In this document: piece after piece, positions 59,951 to 64,000 of the stretch | Layout of the letters: each line of letters begins with the position of its first letter | How positions within the stretch are numbered: the stretch's first letter is position 1 | Source of the DNA: Mobula hypostoma | Taxonomy: Eukaryota | Direction: 5' to 3' | Assembly: GCF_963921235.1 (NCBI RefSeq) | Contig: NC_086097.1 | Span: 211,236,001 to 211,300,000, forward strand | Length of the DNA stretch: 64,000 bases | Translations under genes and position numbers: made by a program | Notes under the pieces: model-generated | The model's database searches: none | Seen by the model: only the letters and a program-made list of their open reading frames with translations | What the model was told of the DNA's origin: nothing

Positions 59951-62679
59951 CTCTGTAAAAACAAAATAACATTTACAGTGCAAACTAAATCATTTATAAA
60001 CTATACTGTGTCCAAAAACAGATAAGGCATTCTTGTATATTTGTTGTAGATCCCCTTAACTTGCTAACCAATAGCTAACTGTCTTTTGTTGAGAAATTTA
60101 TTGGGTTTTTTTTGACCATTCACATAAATAATTTCCAAATATTTAATCTCACCCATTCCGGTTACCTCTTCAAAAATTTAAATTGCCTTATTAGCTGTAA
60201 CGATGGCTCTTAGGCAGATTATTTTCTGGCTACCCAATCAACCTATTCTTAATTATACGTCTTAGTGATTTCTAGCAACTGATATTTGTGTAAGTGATTT
60301 AATCCTTACATATGATTATTTCTTTCTTCCGTTCAAAAATGACCATAATCAATTTTTGAGAGCCTGCCTTGATTCTGACCGAGCCCATCTTTGTCTAGAA
60401 TTAACCATTGATTTTCATATCCATTAGAAGCTTCAGTTTATTTGGCGTTTTGGAGTTCTTATTGTTAGTTTTGTCATGTTTCTTTCTTTGAAACTCTACT
60501 AATTGCCAGGATCTGTAAGCGTTTTGGATCGCTGAATGCTCTATAGTTTAGGTTTTAGATTTGTGTTGCCTCCTACTGCTATTGTTATCTTTGACAGATT
60601 TTTTTTTGACAAATGGAGTTCTCCCCTTTAACAGTATAAATTGATACCAGATTGAATATTCCAGACAATGCTTACCATTTGCCCACTTTACTGTAGTCTC
60701 TAATTATTGAGTTGAATCAGCCTAACTAAATCTATACTCATTCATGTTCCTCATTTCAGACAATGCATTCAATTTATTTATATAATGATTCCAGTTAGAT
60801 AAATAGTCACACACCATTAAGCTATTATATTAATCTGGTTCATTGTGCATTACTGTATCTAATTTACTCTGCCCCTTTGTTAGACCTAGGACATGTCAAT
60901 AGAGTTAACTACCCTGAAAATTCTCAAGAAATTTCAGACCATCCCACTATGAGCTATTCTTTTTAGTCTAATCAATTTAAAATCTCTTTAAATTTAGTCT
61001 ATCTTTGTCACAGGCAGCTTTAAAAGAAAGCTTGTAGATTCTAAATATAATTATGACCAACCATTCCTGCCAAGATAAAAACAGTCAAAATGGAGTTGGA
61101 TAGGTGCCTGAGATCTGTATCACCTCCCAAACCAAAGGACGGCAACTCAGGATACTGTTCTATTAAAGGAGCTGATTATCAGAGATGATTTCTCAAAATG
61201 ATTGCAGCTGCTTTGAATTTTAACTTCCTGCTGCAATTCAGGTTGGCACCCGCACAATCAAGAGCAGGGTATTAAATTTTTGGTTTGTATGTTGGCATGA
61301 ACTTGCTCACTTTCACTTCTGCAAATGGGCATTTCAGGGGAAAAGATTTGATAAGTAAGGTAGTTTCTCAGATCTATCAATGGATGATATTAAATGCAAA
61401 AGAAAATAGATTCAGTACTAATCACAACCACAATCTAGATGCAGGGGATGCTGGATGGCAATGTCTGTGTTCCCCATGAGATTTCTACTTAGTTTTTGAA
61501 ATATCTTTTGAGCATACAAAGCTTGAAGTTGAGAACAGAAATTTGTATGCGCTTCCCTGAGAAAGGAAAGTGATAAAGTCAGTCAGTGATGGTGTATGTT
61601 GTTCTTTTATAGCAGGAATATTTAGTTACAGAGTGTATACTTGCAGGTATGTACATACATATTAATGCATTGTATTCTTTGTAGAAAAAGCATGCCCATC
61701 TTGGTATACATGGCTCATCATCTGAGAATAATCACAGATTTGAGCCCTAAGAGTAATAAGAAAACAATAAGATGTAACAAGGTAGCAGCAGTTTAGGGAA
61801 TAAAACTCCATAGCGCATGAATTTTGTGAATGCTAAATCTGACTTCTTGTGAAAGATCACCCCAAGCTTTTGGTAATTATGTCTATCACAACTGCATATA
61901 TCTAGCTCATGATCAACTAGGAAGATGCAACATTTTGGAAGCATATAGAATAATTCAGCAAAAATATAAATGTACATTAAGCAGTAACCAAAAATTAGAA
62001 AAACGCAGATATAGGATATCCCTGTACCATAAGTGCTCTATGTGCTATCTGCTGTGTGCTGTTGGTAATGTGGTTTTCACCTAGGCCCTGGAGGCATGCT
62101 GTTTCGTTTTTCTATATTCATGTATAGTAATTAAACTTTAACTTGAACTTGATCCAATATTAAAGCAGAAAATGTTGGAAACACTCAGCAGATTAGGTAT
62201 CATCTGTGGAAGGAGTTAACATTTCTGGTTGAAGACCCCTTGATCATGAAGAGCATGTTTATGTGTCAGATATTGCCAGCAAAAAAAAATAACAAACATT
62301 TCATACACCAGGAATTCTTGCTTTTTTATTTGATTCATACCCTCCATTACATGCGAATGGGAGATCCAATGGCTTCTAGAACAAATTTAGAAGAAACACT
62401 TACACAGAACTTCAGTAATAATGCAAGATTAATCTTGAGATTTCAAACAAATTCCCAAAAGGATGTTCTTTTAAATAATCAAGACCTCAGTTTTGTCAAG
62501 CTAATTTACTTTATTGTTGCAATTCACATTTACTTTGAGGTGATAGATATTACCCAATGTCAAATCACCAGTCCTCACAAGCTCTCTATGGAGTGCATAG
62601 AATAATGTTGATCGAAGCTCCAGCCTTCCTGAGCTTTTGGCCACTTCTTAAGCAATCGAACAAGCAGGCAGGCCCGATA

Positions 62680-62680
<1 letters not shown>

Positions 62681-62738
<58 letters not shown>
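62681..62738. repeat. (CT)n microsatellite
   Basis: Direct observation. Confidence 0.95.
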
Positions 62739-62741
<3 letters not shown>

Positions 62742-63514
62742 CCCCCACCCCTTTAATCTCTTTAGCAAGCCCAAGTTTCATCCAACTTGTTACATGTTGC
62801 ATTCCATAAAGCAACTAACTGTATTTTTGTTTATTCCTAGAACTAATATTGGAGTTGATCTGGCCACCATTTGACAAATCCAATCATGCTAAACATTGGG
62901 TCAGCAAACATATCTTTGCTTTCTCTCAGTATCATTGTTCTGCTCTGCTCTGCTCTAAAGACCCCACAGTTTATTTCTCAGATAATCAGTGACCAATCCT
63001 TGATTAGACAAAATAATGTATAATAAGGGTTTTAACAATTAATGTGAATGCCACATTACACAATGCTAACACCTTAAATCATATGCATCTACGCGGGCAT
63101 GCTAATTACAGTGGGCTTTGGAGTTTTACTTTCTCTATGAAATACAAAACAGAAAAAAAATGGTGCTGTCAGATGCACTATCGACTCTGTTACCAAAGGA
63201 AGAGTATGCTCTTGCAGATCTGCTGTGAAGCTACACTACATAATAAATTGTGACACCAATAAAACTGAGAAAGGTCAAAGAAACTGACAGAGATGAGGTG
63301 TTTCAGCTGCTTTCTCTGCAAGTAAAATATGACAGAGAATTCAGCAGTAAATTCACCCAAAGAGAGGTGACAGTGTTGAAATTGCTATCACTGGGAGTGT
63401 TTGATGTAAATGAAGGGCTCTCACAGCTAACAGTTTAAAAAGTTTGTCTGTCTGGCGAGGTAAGTGGGTGAGTAGACTTATTTTTCCTGTTTCATTCCTG
63501 TAGAACTAGATAGC

Positions 63515-64000
63515 ATGCCTGCAGGGTTAGTGCTTTGTTCAGGGTGTCAGATGTGGGAATCCTGGGAGACTTCCAGCCTCCCTGATGGCCACATCTGCGC
63601 CAGGTGCACCGAGTTGCAGCTCCTCAGAGACCATGTTAGGGATCTGGAGCTGCAGCTTGATGACCTACTGCTTATCAGGGAAAGTGAAGAGGTGATAGAC
63701 AGGAGCTACAGGGAGGTAGTCATCCCTAGGCTACAGGGGTCAGAACACTGGGTCACTGTCAAGAGAGGGAAGGGAAATGCCCAGATAGTGGAGAGCACAC
63801 CTGTGGCTGTCCCCCTCTGCAACAAATATCTTGTTCTGGATGCTGTTGAGGGGGATGACCTGACAGGGGACGCCCACGGTGACCGGGTCTCTGGCACTGA
63901 GCCTGGCGCTGTTGTGCAGGAGAGAAGGAGGGAGAAGAGAAATGCGGTAGTCGTGGGGGATTCCATAGTCAGGGGAACAGACAGGAGATTCTGTGAGCCT
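63515..64000 (+). CDS. CR1 ORF1 (zinc finger/leucine zipper, start of SGNH esterase), open to the window end
   Basis: ATG at 63515: MPAGLVLCSGCQMWE...HICARCTELQLLRDHVRDLELQLDDL...TPVAVPLCNKY...AVVVGDSIVRGTDRRFCEP. No stop in 162 codons; paralogous to the decayed ORF1s at 4213-5048 and 40830-41740. Confidence 0.88.
   Translation, partial: MPAGLVLCSGCQMWESWETSSLPDGHICARCTELQLLRDHVRDLELQLDDLLLIRESEEVIDRSYREVVIPRLQGSEHWVTVKRGKGNAQIVESTPVAVPLCNKYLVLDAVEGDDLTGDAHGDRVSGTEPGAVVQERRREKRNAVVVGDSIVRGTDRRFCEP

Noticed and set aside
59960..61000. Possible very old LINE remnant
   Set aside because: It is too degenerate to assign by eye.
62557..62874. ER-repeat and SL-repeat ORFs
   Set aside because: They are artefacts of the (CT)n microsatellite and are unrelated to the RBM25 RE tract.

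Overview
Eukaryotic, repeat-rich DNA, most likely from a cartilaginous fish (ray/skate-type). This is inferred from CR1 LINEs with (CATAGAA)n tails and an SGNH-esterase ORF1, HE1/V-SINE-like tRNA SINEs and abundant Penelope elements. No complete host gene is visible. The window looks like a long intron or intergenic region with one strong 40-nt minus-strand exon candidate (57207-57246) and several enhancer-like unique blocks. Most of it is nested, decayed transposons: CR1, Rex1/Babar, L2, RTE, L1/Tx1, Penelope with hammerhead ribozymes, hAT-Charlie, a hAT MITE and two Gypsy LTR elements. The standout observation is that both Gypsy elements, which have unrelated LTRs, keep LTR-PBS-gag-protease and the pol C-terminal tail-PPT-LTR but have lost RT/RNaseH/integrase. 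In each, the gap holds an intron-less fragment of a host mRNA for an RNA-metabolism protein: RBM25 in the first (12571-14660) and EDC4 in the second (37692-38230). The cargo reads in frame with the retroelement ORF at the junctions. Protein identifications are from recognition by eye against remembered vertebrate sequences, not from database searches. Boundaries without a stated TSD are approximate.
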